From Eledone cirrhosa (taxonomy: Eukaryota), in NCBI GenBank assembly GCA_964016885.1, contig OZ024740.1, forward strand, positions 384,710,001 to 384,774,000: a stretch of 64,000 bases of DNA, given 5' to 3'. Each line of letters starts with the position of its first letter. The first letter of the stretch is position 1. The notes under the pieces were generated by a model. It was not told where the DNA came from. It saw nothing but the letters and a program-made list of their open reading frames with translations, and searched no databases. Positions 1-14,900 of this stretch are shown in pieces. The translations under genes and the position numbers were made by a program.

Positions 1-149
1 ATATTAATGACGAGCGCCTTCTTGACTCGAGTGATTAAAATGATGAACTCGTTGGCTTTCACCAAGAATTTATGGTATACAAGTTGGCTATATCCTCGTT
101 TTATAACAGATTGTTTGTCGCCTATGGGTGCCAAGTTAGAGTCTACTTC

Positions 150-590
150 GATGACTTAAGTGATTACGTGGAGATTATGCTCGAGCGACTAAACAATGGA
201 TACAATTTTTTCGTTGGTTTGGGTAACTAATTAAATAGTCCTTCTTCCGCGTCGGCGGTTTATTAAAAGCTACCACATTAGCTTCAGTGACTAATTAGAA
301 CTTCTCACGGCTTGAGCGACTAATTAAAAAGTATCTCGTTGGCTTAATTGATTAATTAATGATTGTCGCGCTGGCTTGAGTATCTAATTAAAATATAGCA
401 CTTTGGCTTGAGTGAGTAATTAGATACCTCTGCATTGGCTTGAGTGATTAATTGAATATTAATATGTAGGTTTGAGTGTCTAATTTGAAGCTCATTTGTT
501 CTCCATCGCCTTAGCAACTTATTAAAATTGCTCTTCCATAAAAGGCGTCTAATTAAAGACTACTCATTAAATTGAGCGACTAAGTACTAG
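150..590. repeat. Degenerate 32-bp periodic array: ~22-nt core TTGGCTTGAGTGACTAATTAAA plus ~10-nt variable spacer
   Basis: Cores start at 214, (246), 278, 307, 339, 371, 403, 435 and 467, with more degenerate copies on both sides. Confidence 0.75.
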
Positions 591-1959
591 TTGCCTTGTT
601 CTTTTGGGATTAAGGCACTATTTAGGGTAGTATTGGCCCAGGTTTCTGCATTATTATACACTTCAAAGACAGGAAGAACAGTCTATTTAAATAAGAAAGA
701 AATCAATTGTTTGTTATGTTCTTTGAAATTGTCGTATTTTCTGTCACTGTTTTTATAGTTGGTTTTGTCGTTGTTGCTGTTGTTTATTGTTGTTGGACAA
801 GCCTATGAGCAAAGACATCTCATTTCTGAATATCTAGACTACGTTATCAATATATTCTCTTTTTTGCACATGGTATGTGGTGGCTTGATGGTCATTTGGC
901 TGCTTTTTCTAGAATATAGGTTCAGCAACAGTTTAGAAGCTTTCAAGGACTCGGGGCTACAAAAGTAAAAATTTATTATTAAATAGCGATGTGGAAAGTT
1001 GACAACAGTGAGGTATTGTGGTATTTTGATATAATATTGTAGAGTACTTTAAATGGTATGATGAAATGTAGTATGTGTAGTATGATATACATTATTTAAA
1101 ATCCATAGCCTAAGAAGAGAGTTGGTGCGTGGCAAAAGAAAGACCGACCCCTTTCCATATTCCCTAATCATCAGCTATCTGCATATTTTTCACTATCACT
1201 CATCTATGTTCATCCCTATATGTTGCTCAACTACTCGTTTTAAAGTCCTTTTTTACTAGGGTATTTGTTTTCATGCATGACCATACTTGCTAGAGGTAGT
1301 ATGATTTGTTGTCCTGTTATATAAAAAAAAAAACAAAAAAAAATGCTTCCTTTTCTCGCTCTTTGACAGACGAGTTAATTGTTCGTATGATACCCCAAAA
1401 TTTGATTTCTAACACTATCATTAGTTCGATATTATGTGCATGGAATACTATGCATCATTCTCTAACTTTTAAATTCAAAAGCCGTTATCTTTTTAACTTT
1501 CAAAACCTACCGTCTATGTGTTGCAGTAATAGTCTTTGAAGGCGAATTTTTATTATTACAATCAACTTTTATCTTTCGAAACAAAGCCGACTTATGAACG
1601 GAATTCGGTAAACGGACATGGTAAGCCCGTCGACTAGACTGTACCTGTAAGTTTCACGCATGCCACACGCTGAATACACGTCAGAATTAAGATAAGAAAA
1701 CAAATATTCGTGGAATTCTCAGTCATTCGAATGTTGATGATTGAACAACAGAATACCCTTCATTGAATAAATGAATGGTTATCCTCGAACCCGACGGACG
1801 ATCTATCAGTTATTTCGGTTAATGACTATACATACTACTACGAAATATGGAGGTTCCGTTTAATCAATTTTCTATAATCTTCCTTCCTATAAAATTGTTT
1901 ACACTTTCCTTTGAAGAATCATCTGCTGAAATCATATGCATTATTAATGTGCATATAAA

Positions 1960-2070
1960 CATACACATATACACATACATACATACATACATACATACAT
2001 ACATACATACATACATACAATCATGTATACATACATACGCACTTACACCATTAGATATAAACATATACGC

Positions 2071-2164
<94 letters not shown>

Positions 2165-2185
2165 GTTTGCTTAAACTTTAATCTG

Positions 2186-2216
<31 letters not shown>
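1960..2216. repeat. (CATA)n and (TA)n microsatellites
   Basis: Direct inspection. Confidence 0.95.
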
Positions 2217-2573
2217 AGGATTTAAACATACCGTATATTGCCACATATACTATACATACATTCATATATATATTTCAACAGGTAGAATATTAAATAATTA
2301 TTATTCCTGGTAAGTGTTTCTGTAAAAGTAAAATAAGAAACATGGTCAAGTGACATTAAAAATGTATTTAATTAGTATTTTTATAGATTATCTTGATCTT
2401 TGACATTAGTATTTAATAACTTGATATTGCGTCATCGTAGAAGACTGAACATGCTCACCGTTAGCGGTATAGCTATTTACTTGTTTCAGGTATTCAATTT
2501 CGCCACACATACACACACACACACATACACACACATTCATATATATGTGTGAGTATGTGTGTGTATATACATG

Positions 2574-2641
<68 letters not shown>

Positions 2642-2994
2642 GTCGATATATATAGAGAGGTATAGATAAATGTATAAATATATGTATATATATAATTATA
2701 AATATATATATATGTATATATATATATATATGTATATATATAATTATAAGTTGCAAAACACGTATATGTATATATGTATATATATATATATGTATACCTT
2801 TATATGCAATAATCTCCCGTTAGGTTGAGATACAAATTTGGTTGTATTGTGCTTTCTAGCAAAAAGCCACCAGCTGTAAGCAACTAACCACACTCCTTCC
2901 AACCTGACCGCTGCTACGTCACGATTCTTAGCCACTTTTGAATGTATTCTTGGTGCGATCACTTTGGAAAATTTATTGTCTAGATTTGAGCAAA

Positions 2995-3067
2995 CTCCTG
3001 AAGAGTCCGGTGCTCGAGTTTCCGAAGTTATCAGAAATCTTAAAATTCGAACGAAACCATGGTCGAG
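2995..3067 (+). ncRNA. Type I hammerhead ribozyme, minimal stem III, long stem II
   Basis: ctc-CTGAAGA-gtccg...cgaac-GAAA-ccatgg-TC-gag, followed by AATAAA. Confidence 0.8.
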
Positions 3068-3416
3068 GTAAATAAATGTATTCTCTTTTCTCCTAGTTTA
3101 TTTTACACCTAATTCTGTTTAATTGACTGTATATCTGGGCGATTACGCTGCCGAAATATTCGATAAATATTCCGTCGAAGCCTGCGCGAAGAGCTGGTTT
3201 CGGTTATTTGTTGGAGATTTCTTCATAGAAGCCTTATTCTTATAGCCTGGTCTATTCGATTTTTTATATGGTTAATTATGCTAATTGGGAGAGGAAATAG
3301 TATATATTTTATCTGGTGATTCTATAGACATGTTTTATGATATATAGCTCTGATTATTTAATTTATTAACTTTTCATTGAGACACAAAGTGATCCGATGC
3401 AAAACACGTATATGTA

Positions 3417-3459
<43 letters not shown>

Positions 3460-3661
3460 CTTTATATGTAATAATCTCCCGTTAGGTTGAGATACAAATT
3501 TGGCTGTATTGTGCTGTGCTTTCTAGCAAAAAGCCACCAGCCGTAAGCAACTAACCACACTCCTTCCAACCTGACCGGTGCTACGTCACGATTCTTACCC
3601 ATTTTTTAATGTATTCTTGGCGCGATCACTTTCGAAAATTTATTGTCTAGATTTGCGCAAA

Positions 3662-3734
3662 CTCCTGAAGAGTCCGGTGCTCGAGTTTCCGAAGTTATCG
3701 GAAATCTTAAAATGCGGAAGAAACCATGGTCGAG
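3662..3734 (+). ncRNA. Type I hammerhead ribozyme (tandem copy)
   Basis: ctc-CTGAAGA-gtccg...cggaa-GAAA-ccatgg-TC-gag. Confidence 0.8.
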
Positions 3735-4102
3735 GTAAATAAATGTATTCTTTTTCTCCTAGTTTATTTTACACCTAATTCTGTTTAATTGACTGTATAT
3801 CTGAGCGATTACGCTGTCGAAATATTCGATAAATATTCCGTCGCAGCCGGCGCGAAGGGCTGGTTTCGGTTATTTGTTGAAGATTTCTTCATAGAAGCCT
3901 TTTTCTTATAGCCTTGTCTATTCGATTTTTTATATGGTTAATTATGATAATTGGGAGAGGAAATGGTATATATTTTATCTGGTGATTCTATAGACATGTT
4001 TTATGATACATAGCTATGATTATTTAATTTATTAACTTTTTATTGAGCCTCAAAGTGACCCGTTGCAAAACACGTATATGTTTATATGTATATATATTAA
4101 AC

Positions 4103-4143
<41 letters not shown>

Positions 4144-4692
4144 TGTGAGGCTGAGTTTGTGTGTATGTGTGTATGTGTGTATGTGTGTGTGCGCATGTCC
4201 TTAGATTTGTTTGATTTTATCTGTGCACTGAATTTATGTGAACACTTATAATGATATTTATATTTTGAATTATTTCTTGAAAACTACTAAACAGATTTGC
4301 TGCTTTTAATTATATATTATGTTTCATAGCATTTTCGTGGATTTGTATCGATAATTCTGATACATATTTCTTCTCAAATAACTACTTCATAAAACAGAAG
4401 ATCGGATACCATCAATAATATTAATGTTTTAAGTAAATATTTGCTAATTTAATGACTTCATAAAGGAGTTTTTTCTTCTTCTTAATTTGAAATATTTATG
4501 CATCTGATAAAACATAATAATTCAATTCAATAATAATTTTAATTCAATGGAATTTGTCTTAATTTGTTAATAGATAAGGGAATCAATTAAAATGTTTAAA
4601 CGTATTTATACTCCTGGTTATTCATTTGCAGATTGCGCATGCGCATACAACACACACAAGTACACATGGATGTGTATATATACATACATAGG

Positions 4693-4727
<35 letters not shown>

Positions 4728-4846
4728 GTATAGGGATATGTGGTTATTCTCATTTATATTCAAATATATATACTTATATACGTATAAACATATATACATA
4801 CATATATATATATATTAATATATATATATATATATATCCATTTGTA

Positions 4847-4902
<56 letters not shown>

Positions 4903-4905
<3 letters not shown>

Positions 4906-5165
4906 AGGACGGTGAGAAGAAACTGGTCCTAGCGGTGAAAGCCATGTTAGTCCCGTCAACGTATTATATACGGTGTCGATAAAATAAAGTACCAATAATG
5001 CATTGCTTACTTGTTGGACTTATGCCAAAAGTAGAAAGAATTATATATATATATATATTCTTTCTACTTTTGGCAACAAGTAAGCAATGCATTATTGGTA
5101 CTTTATTTTATCGACACCGTATATAATACGTTGACGGGACCGGTTTCTTCTCACCGTCCTCAATA
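4903..5165. repeat. Inverted pair of short elements ending in a SINE 3' tail, around a short (TA)n
   Basis: 4903-5040 is the reverse complement of 5057-5164 with internal deletions; tail GTCGATAAAATAAAGTACC..GCCAAAAGTAGAAAG matches the SINEs in this window. Confidence 0.75.
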
Positions 5166-5909
5166 GATAATGTTATGTGAAATCCCAGAGTAGACACATA
5201 GTTATTTGCTTGAATACAACACATGTAAATGAGTACCTTCAATCTATAACCGCACTCGAGTTTTGGTCACACTTAATGCACCAATCGTGTGCACAGCATC
5301 CACTCTCTTCATTTATTATGCAACAACGCACAATCGGTGCACGTGGCTTCAACAGCAGTCTTCGCCTATTCAATAACCAATTGATCGACAGAATTCGGTT
5401 CCAGTCTGTGTCGGCTATGACAGTGAATATGACGCGCAACACGAGTACATTAGCAATTAGAAACCCTACGTGTCATCATAAAGCCATCAACCGATTGACT
5501 ACTCGTTCAGAAATTTACGAGATGATTGGCGTCGAAATTAAAATAGTTCCGCTCCCGCCATAAACACTCAGCCAGCGTATCTCAAACACAAGTTAACAAG
5601 TGAGTCAAAATCGGCTATTAGAGTAAATCAGTCTCCCATTGCTGTACAATAGAATGGTGGCTTTCGGCTCCAGTCACCACGTACCATGAGGAGAAATAGT
5701 GCAACAGTAACAATGGTAAGACCTAAAACCTTTCCGGACATTAAATGCCAATAGTCGATTAGACAGCAAACCGGTCATTTCACAACTTGCACGAATTAAT
5801 AGGTGAGAGAGGAAGATAGAACATGCATTAGAACACATATTAATAAAAACACAAAATGTGGAAAATTGTTAAACTTACGCTCATTGTTATTCTGCTAATT
5901 GGGAGAAAA

Positions 5910-6825
5910 TAATAATATATATATATACATATATAATACAAATAGTGAAAACAATGAAATTAAACAAAATACGGATAATTCATAGTAAAACTCATTATTT
6001 TACGATCGTTTCTGGGGGGGGGGGTAGTTCCCCGTATGTTCATTCTATTAGTGATCTATGAAAAATATATTACAAATTATCAAAGTAAGAAAATATACAT
6101 ACGTCTTCCCTACCCACCGTCTTCAGAAATTATGAGTTTTGTTTATTGAAGAATACACATGTATGAATAAGTAACCTTTTAAGAACAAGGTTGAGCTTGA
6201 CCAATAGTAAAGATAGGAAGGGGCAATATAGATAATTAAGCTGGTAGTAGTAGATGAATAAATTAGCAGTCAGGGGATGAGGCATCGAATTACCTTTAAG
6301 AAGGGAAGTTGCGAGTGTAAAGGAATTTAGACAGATTGTATAGAAATTTCAGAAAAGTGTGGATGGTCAAGGAAGATTAAAGTTGGAGGAAAAGGGGTGC
6401 AGATATCAGTGTGTTATATCCAGTAGAATAGTATAGAACAATCCTAAATATTTGTTATTTCTTTGTTCAAGAGGAATAATTTGTTCTAAAAATAGAACAA
6501 GTAGAGGAATATATAGATGGAACCAAAGAAAAGTAAAAAGAAGATAAAAAAATATATAGATAAGAAAGTAATAAAATTTGTGTAAGTATTGTATTGTGTT
6601 AGAGTGATCAGAATGAAGTTTTATCTGTACGGAATTTTATTTTCGAATAAGAAATCTCATTAATAATCTGGTTTTCTTAATAAGTTTAAATGCATGTCTG
6701 TTAAAGTTTTGTTAGAGTGTTGAATATAATGTAACATATAGTGCTCATTAATAGTTAATTATTTAAAACAGTTATAGGGATAAAATATAGGATTGAATCT
6801 ATGGATTAATTCTAATAGCAAAAAA

Positions 6826-6830
<5 letters not shown>
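5910..6830 (-). mobile_element. PLE 3' UTR/pLTR fragment between (TA)n tracts, related to the 54.7-57.7 kb element
   Basis: Shares the HHR architecture and the TTGACCAATAG..AAGATAG segment with 55070-55100. Confidence 0.6.
5991..6136 (-). ncRNA. Hammerhead ribozyme with ~107-nt stem II extension
   Basis: Minus strand: ctcataattt-CTGAAGA-cggtgggtag...ctacccccc..a-GAAA-cgatcg-TA-aaataatgag. Confidence 0.8.
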
Positions 6831-6900
<70 letters not shown>

Positions 6901-6901
<1 letters not shown>

Positions 6902-7225
6902 GACTCCATCGAAATGTGTCGGACGGAAAATGGCTGATGACCCGTGTGGCAGTAAATACTGACCAGAACTTGTGATGACGTGGAGTAAAAACAGCCAATG
7001 GCATGACAAGAGTGGAAGTAAGGTTCTTTGAGGGTGTTTTTTGATGATAACACCCCAGTGATAAAATTTGCTCCAAACGAAATACCCATGTCTGAAAGAA
7101 CCCGCAGAAGTATCAGCCAGACCCATACAAGGACCATGTCTCGAGCAACCTGCTGGCGAAACAATTGTAACACACAATAAATTAAGTCCAGATGATTCAC
7201 TGATTTTTCGTTTTCTTTATACTAT
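6901..7225 (+). mobile_element. PLE pLTR-like fragment; inverted partner of 7897-8222
   Basis: ~325 bp near-identical reverse complement; carries an HHR-like motif and AATAAA. Confidence 0.75.
7088..7173 (+). ncRNA. Hammerhead-like motif with a 1-nt core insertion (CTGAAAGA)
   Basis: atgt-CTGAAAGA-acccgcag...ctgctggc-GAAA-caattg-TA-acac. Confidence 0.55.
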
Positions 7226-7829
<604 letters not shown>

Positions 7830-7839
7830 CGTATATTTA

Positions 7840-7896
<57 letters not shown>

Positions 7897-7901
<5 letters not shown>

Positions 7902-8445
7902 TAAAGAAAACGAAAAATCAGTGAATCATCTGGACTTAATTTATTGCGTGTTACAATTGTTTCGCCAGCAGGTTGCTCGAGACATGGTCCTTGTATGGAT
8001 CTGGCTGATACTTCTGCAGGTACTTTCAGACACGGGTATTTCGTTTGGAGCAAATTTTATCACTGGGGTCTTATCATAAAAATAACACCCTCAAAGAACC
8101 TTACTTCCACTCTTGTCATGCCATTGGCTGTTTTTACTCCACGTCATCACAAGTTCAGGTCAGTATTTACTGCCACACGGGTCATCAGCCATTTTCCGTC
8201 CGACACATTTCGATGGAGTCATGCTGGGTTCAGTATCTCACACGTCTGTTCACACTTCAGATTAAGCACCCACACATACTAATATACACACACATATACA
8301 CACACATGCAGACACAGACATTAAGTCCAGATACATCACTGATTTTTCGTTTTCTTTATGCTATCTACACTCTACTCTGCTGAATATCGAGTACTAATGT
8401 TGGCATATCGCCTATGGAAGCACCATAGCTTCATTATACACAACT
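7897..8445 (-). mobile_element. PLE pLTR fragment (minus strand) with an inverted 3' tail piece at 8320-8445
   Basis: Reverse complement of 6901-7225; HHR-like motif at 7948-8033; TTAAGTCCAGAT..TTTCTTTAT recurs on + at 8321. Confidence 0.7.
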
Positions 8446-8469
8446 ATATATATATATATATATATTCTA

Positions 8470-10625
8470 TTATATTTTTTCTTAATTTGTTTAGTTGTAT
8501 TTATAATACTTGAACGTCTTACTAATTCTACGATTACATGCGATAATTAATTCTTGTCTTATATTTAATAGAATGTCTTTCGATTTAGTAATTTCAAAAA
8601 TTTCTTGGGAACATAGTCCACACTCCTTTCTATTGCCCTGATAAGAAATGGCTCTTTTGAGAATCTTCCAAGTTAGATTATAATTAATGTTCTTCTTTTT
8701 GCAATTATTAACTGCTCCCGCTAAAGAAGTGGTATTAGCTAATGTTGTGTTTCGAAAACTGTGGGTGTGTACATAAAATCTCGATTTAAACGGATTAGAT
8801 GTGGATCCAATATAGGATTGATTAGAGTCCTTAGTGGTAATTATACATTTATACACTATATTATTGATTAAGCAATTTCCATATAAGGGACAATTACTTT
8901 TTACTCTACAATTACAACCGTTTGTACATAGGGTTTCAGATGTGCATGCTATATTCCCAATAACAGTGCTAGTATTTGTATTTACATTTTTATGTGAGAG
9001 AGAAGGGTTTGCGGTTGGGTGGTCATGGTTCGAAGGGGTGTTAGTTGGTGGAATTATAGGGGATATAGTGTTTATAGAACCATGGTTGTTTTGGAAGTTA
9101 TTGTTCAGATTGGGTATATAATTCTTAGTTCCTATTAAGGATGAGGAAGATGGTAGTTGGTTGTAGGCTTATGTATTGGGTTGGTGAGGTGAGTGAGTGG
9201 ATGTAACTGGTGGATAGGTAATAATATTCTGGTTATGCGTTGTAGTATTATTATAGTTAGTTTGTGTGTGGTGTGCTAGAACTTTTTTACATTTATAGAT
9301 GTTATATGTACTTATTTTTTCTTGTATATTGCTCGATGTGGAGTAAGAAAATTTTACTTTTTATCTGTTTAAGATTTGATGGGATTTGTGGTTAGGTGGG
9401 AAATATTTATCGAGAATTGCAAACATTTTTTAGGGATTTGGCCCATAGTTTGCAATGGTTTAAATGGAGCATTATACAATGTTACGGTTCTTTTATGGTT
9501 TCTAATTGGTTTCCTATTGTTATATTGGGTATGTATAGAAGTTTGAGGGTAGATTTTGTTATCAGATGATACTGTAATATTCTGACTGTTATTAGGTGTG
9601 TGAACAAATTGTTTAGTAGAATTGTATTAGTTTTTGAATTATTGTTTTTTGCTTGATTTATAGATGATATTGGGAAGTTTATTAATGGAGCCTTATTGAT
9701 TGGACCTGGTATGTAGCTATTATTCTTGTTATTTATAGTAGTTCAGGTATGTTTCTCTGGTTTATTGGATTGTAAAGATGTGCTTTGGCTAGGTTGAAGG
9801 TTCAATGCAATAGGTAATATATCATTAGGTTTATTGTGAGAATTAGGATATAAGATGTTATTATTAACTGCTTTTTTAAGATTAATGGAGTTAGGTATTT
9901 TCGTATGGTTTGTAGTAATATTATTAGGTAGGTTATAGAAGTATTCAGAAGCGTTAGGATTGATGATTGTTTAGAGAGTTTGTGTCATTCCTATTAATGC
10001 GGGTATTAGGAGTAATGGTTGGATCTAGGTTTTTCGGTGCTGTATTGCTGGCATTAAATTTTAGGTGTTTCTTTTGGTGTGTGTTGTTTATGTTTGGTTG
10101 TATGTTGGGGGCATTTATGGTGTTAGGTATGTAACATATGTTATCCTTGTAGCCACTTCTAGCCAAAGCCTCATTATAATAAGGTGCATTTTTATAGAAT
10201 AATTCTTCATTAGGTGATAGTTTAGATAATCTGAGAGAGATATTGTACAGTAGATTTTTTGGGATGGAACCAAGGTGAGTAGATTGTGTGTGTATATAAT
10301 GCAGGTTTTGGTTTGGTTTATGGTAGGGTTGGTAAATGCTTGTTGATAGCTCCAAAGTAATGTCGAGGAAATTAACCACTTTAGTGTTATTTTCAAACGT
10401 AATGGTAAGATTATAGTAATCTTTGTGGAATTTCCTAATTGTTTTTTTAATTCTCTCACTTACTGAGGGACTAAGATTGTTAGATAGAAGAAGACAGTCA
10501 TCGCGATATAGACCAACTTTGAGGTGGGGAAAAGAGGAATTTAAATTATATAGGAGAAAGAGGCCCAGTGGGTCCGTAACCTGGGCTGAATCCTTCGATC
10601 CCATAGTGATATTATAAATCACTAT
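8470..10625 (-). mobile_element. 5'-truncated, degraded PLE (probably Hydra clade): RT C-half, thumb, CxC linker and GIY-YIG endonuclease
   Basis: ITMGS..GLFLL..GLYRDD, VNFLDITL, YHKPN, LARSGY; DKYFPPNH..KFSYS; CNCRVKSNCPLYGNCL; YIGSTSNPFKSRFYVH, W..LKRA.SY..CGLC..E..LLN.RQE...C; stops and frameshifts present. Confidence 0.88.
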
Positions 10626-10639
10626 ATGTGTTTCTAGTC

Positions 10640-12414
<1,775 letters not shown>

Positions 12415-12416
12415 TG

Positions 12417-12455
<39 letters not shown>

Positions 12456-12464
12456 ATATATATA

Positions 12465-14058
12465 GACATACCTTCCGAAACCCGGCCCGGCGTCACGCCA
12501 CTACACTTTCGGGCCACATATGGGACCTCAAGAACAACAACATCAACTATGATCTCACTTGGAGATTACTGTCCAGAGCCAATTCTTACACGGGAGGACG
12601 CCGTCCGTGCAATTTATGCTCGGAGGAAACTTTACAAATGCTGTTTTCGACGGACCAACTCCTAAACAAGAAAGATGAACTGGTTACTGCATGTAAACAT
12701 AGATTGCGTAGGACTTACCTCGCCCTCAAACCCCATAATGACCCGGGGGTGTAGACTAGGGCTATAACACCCCACTTGCCGATTTTGCAATGGGTAACCC
12801 CTGCTTGCCAAGGAAGACGTAAGATCTTCTTTGTATTCTTTTATCGCTTCCTTTATTTCCTTCCCCCCTCTCTCCTTAGTCCTTCTACCCCAGCTCTTCT
12901 CCTTTGTCGGCGTCTTTTCTCGCCCACCCGAGGCTGCCCTTTGGCCCCATGTAGCCTTAGTACCTGACCACCCCCTCCCCTAGTCTATGATAGATTTGGC
13001 GGACTCCGCCCTTTATAGCAGTTGGCTTAGACCCCGGATACTTGCCCCCTTTTTCCGACCGCTCCCACTATTCTCTGTGCCCTCTATATTTCTTAGTGGC
13101 ACTTATGCCTTATTTTTTCGTTTCAGTATTTCTTGCTCCGCTTTTCTTCTGGGCGGGGTGGATTCTGAATTTATTTCTCCGTATTCTACCTTTATTTCGT
13201 ACGAACTTTCATGTAGCTTGTTTTAGATCTTTTAGAGTTAGCATTAGTATATATTTTTCTCGGGACTCAGAATTATTATCTCGTACAAGTTCACTTTGCT
13301 GCACTGGGCCGTTGCTGGCCCGGGATGGAAACCTTTATTGTTTATTTCGTGGTAGTCTCTTTAGTATTTTGGCCCCTTTTGTTGACCTGTCACCGTATCA
13401 TTTACGTACTTATACCTCTTAAACGGGTCCTTGCCTATTCCGTCCCACCTAGTTCTTTTACTTATTTCGTTATTTCTTTACTTATTTTTTTCTTTACTTC
13501 TTTCTTTCTTTCTTTATTTTATTCTAGCCTAACAATAGCCTGAGACCTAGGTCGTAGAATTTAATTTACTTTACTTTTTTCTTTACACTTATTTGCTTTT
13601 CTTCACTCTCAGTATTTTTTCTTTCCTATATATTTCTACCCCTTCTTCCCCCCATTGTTCTACCTACCGTTCCGACTTCCTCCCCCTCCCCCTCCCCTGT
13701 ATCTTCTTTGACCTCATGCCCAGCTGTAGCTGGCACTACCAACGCTTGATTGGGTCTACTCCACCCCCGCCCCTCTTTCTCCTACTGGCAGGTTTAGCCA
13801 CCATCTCCCCTACTAATTTGCAACCACAGAATTACTACTGATTTTTGACAATCACTTTGACCATATATGGAATTACCCCTTGAGAAGATCGGCTATTTAA
13901 ATACCAGGATAAATTTTCATTTAGTCCAGAATTAGCCGTCGAAACGGCTTGAGCTCAGCTGTCGGGTCTTACTGGTTCCTATTACCCACTCTACTACCTC
14001 AAGTATTGAGTACTTTGGTGCGTTATGGTCCACCTGGTTCCTTACCACATTTCCTTCG

Positions 14059-14060
<2 letters not shown>
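12465..14060 (+). mobile_element. PLE 3' end (Hydra-like GIY-YIG C-terminus, long 3' UTR, HHR and tail) flanked by (TA)n
   Basis: [47 protein letters not shown], stop at 12754. Confidence 0.85.
13875..13967 (+). ncRNA. Hammerhead ribozyme, U3-A8 core variant
   Basis: acccc-TTGAGAA-gatcggcta...tagccgtc-GAAA-cggcttgagctcagctg-TC-gggt; the homolog half at 22170-22205 (-) has ggggt. Confidence 0.75.
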
Positions 14061-14132
<72 letters not shown>

Positions 14133-14137
<5 letters not shown>

Positions 14138-14900
14138 AAAGAACACAAGATCGTCTACAACATCAAAAGATTTTTATTGGCTTACAATGTTTCTTCCTTA
14201 CGTAACCGTAGGATTCGTCAGAGCTATAAAAGGAGTTTGATTGGTGTTATGGACTCTACCAATCAAACATTCAAGTACAAAGAGTAAATAGAGTATAGAG
14301 CAAAAGTAGGGGACGATAAATATAATGTTGGTGCGGGAGGGTGGGGTGTGGGTCCTTGTTTACTAGCTGCGGTCATATTCATTCCCGGGAGTCGAGTGGT
14401 TAGCTGAACCATAGATGGGGTGTCGTCGATAGTATGGTGCAGAGGGTGTGCAGAGGCTACACAAACACAATGGGCATACAATATATATATATATAACGGA
14501 GTAGAAAGTACATGAGGTAATTATAAATGGAAAAAGTGTAATAATAATAATCTATAATTAATAATGTATAATAAGGCATGGGGAAGATTACACTATAATA
14601 AGGTATAAAAGTAAGAATAAGGTAAAATATAAAGGAGGATAAAAGTGGAAATAATAAAGATAAAAAATATATATGTAAAAAATATATATGTAAAAAATAT
14701 ATAGAGAATATATAAAGAAATATAAGCGAGTATTTGGAGGGGAAAACACAATGTAAAAAAAACGATTTTTTCAAATAAAAATAAAAATATTATAATTATG
14801 GAGGGGAGAAAACGGGATAGAGAAATATGATCAAATGTGATTATTTGAGAGAATATAAGATGATAATAGTTATGTCAAGTTTATATATCTTAATAATAAA
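14133..14900 (-). mobile_element. PLE 3' UTR/pLTR fragment ending at (TA)n
   Basis: HHR plus AATAAA, then a short tail into (TA)n; pyrimidine-rich UTR on the minus strand. Confidence 0.55.
14180..14224 (-). ncRNA. Minimal hammerhead ribozyme
   Basis: gct-CTGACGA-atcctacggttacgtaaggaa-GAAA-cattg-TA-agc, followed by caataaa. Confidence 0.75.

Larger units (their letters stand above)
2751..4140 (+). mobile_element. Tandem ~650-bp HHR-containing non-autonomous PLE/retrozyme-like units (2 full units plus start of a third)
   Basis: Unit start TGCAAAACACGTATATG at ~2752, ~3398 and ~4064; each full unit has one HHR and an internal (TA)n. Confidence 0.8.

Noticed and set aside
214-490. CRISPR array
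   Set aside because: Repeats are degenerate, spacers are only ~10 nt, there are no cas genes and the context is eukaryotic
1895-1945. HHR-like TTGAAGA..GAAA
   Set aside because: No credible stem I or stem II
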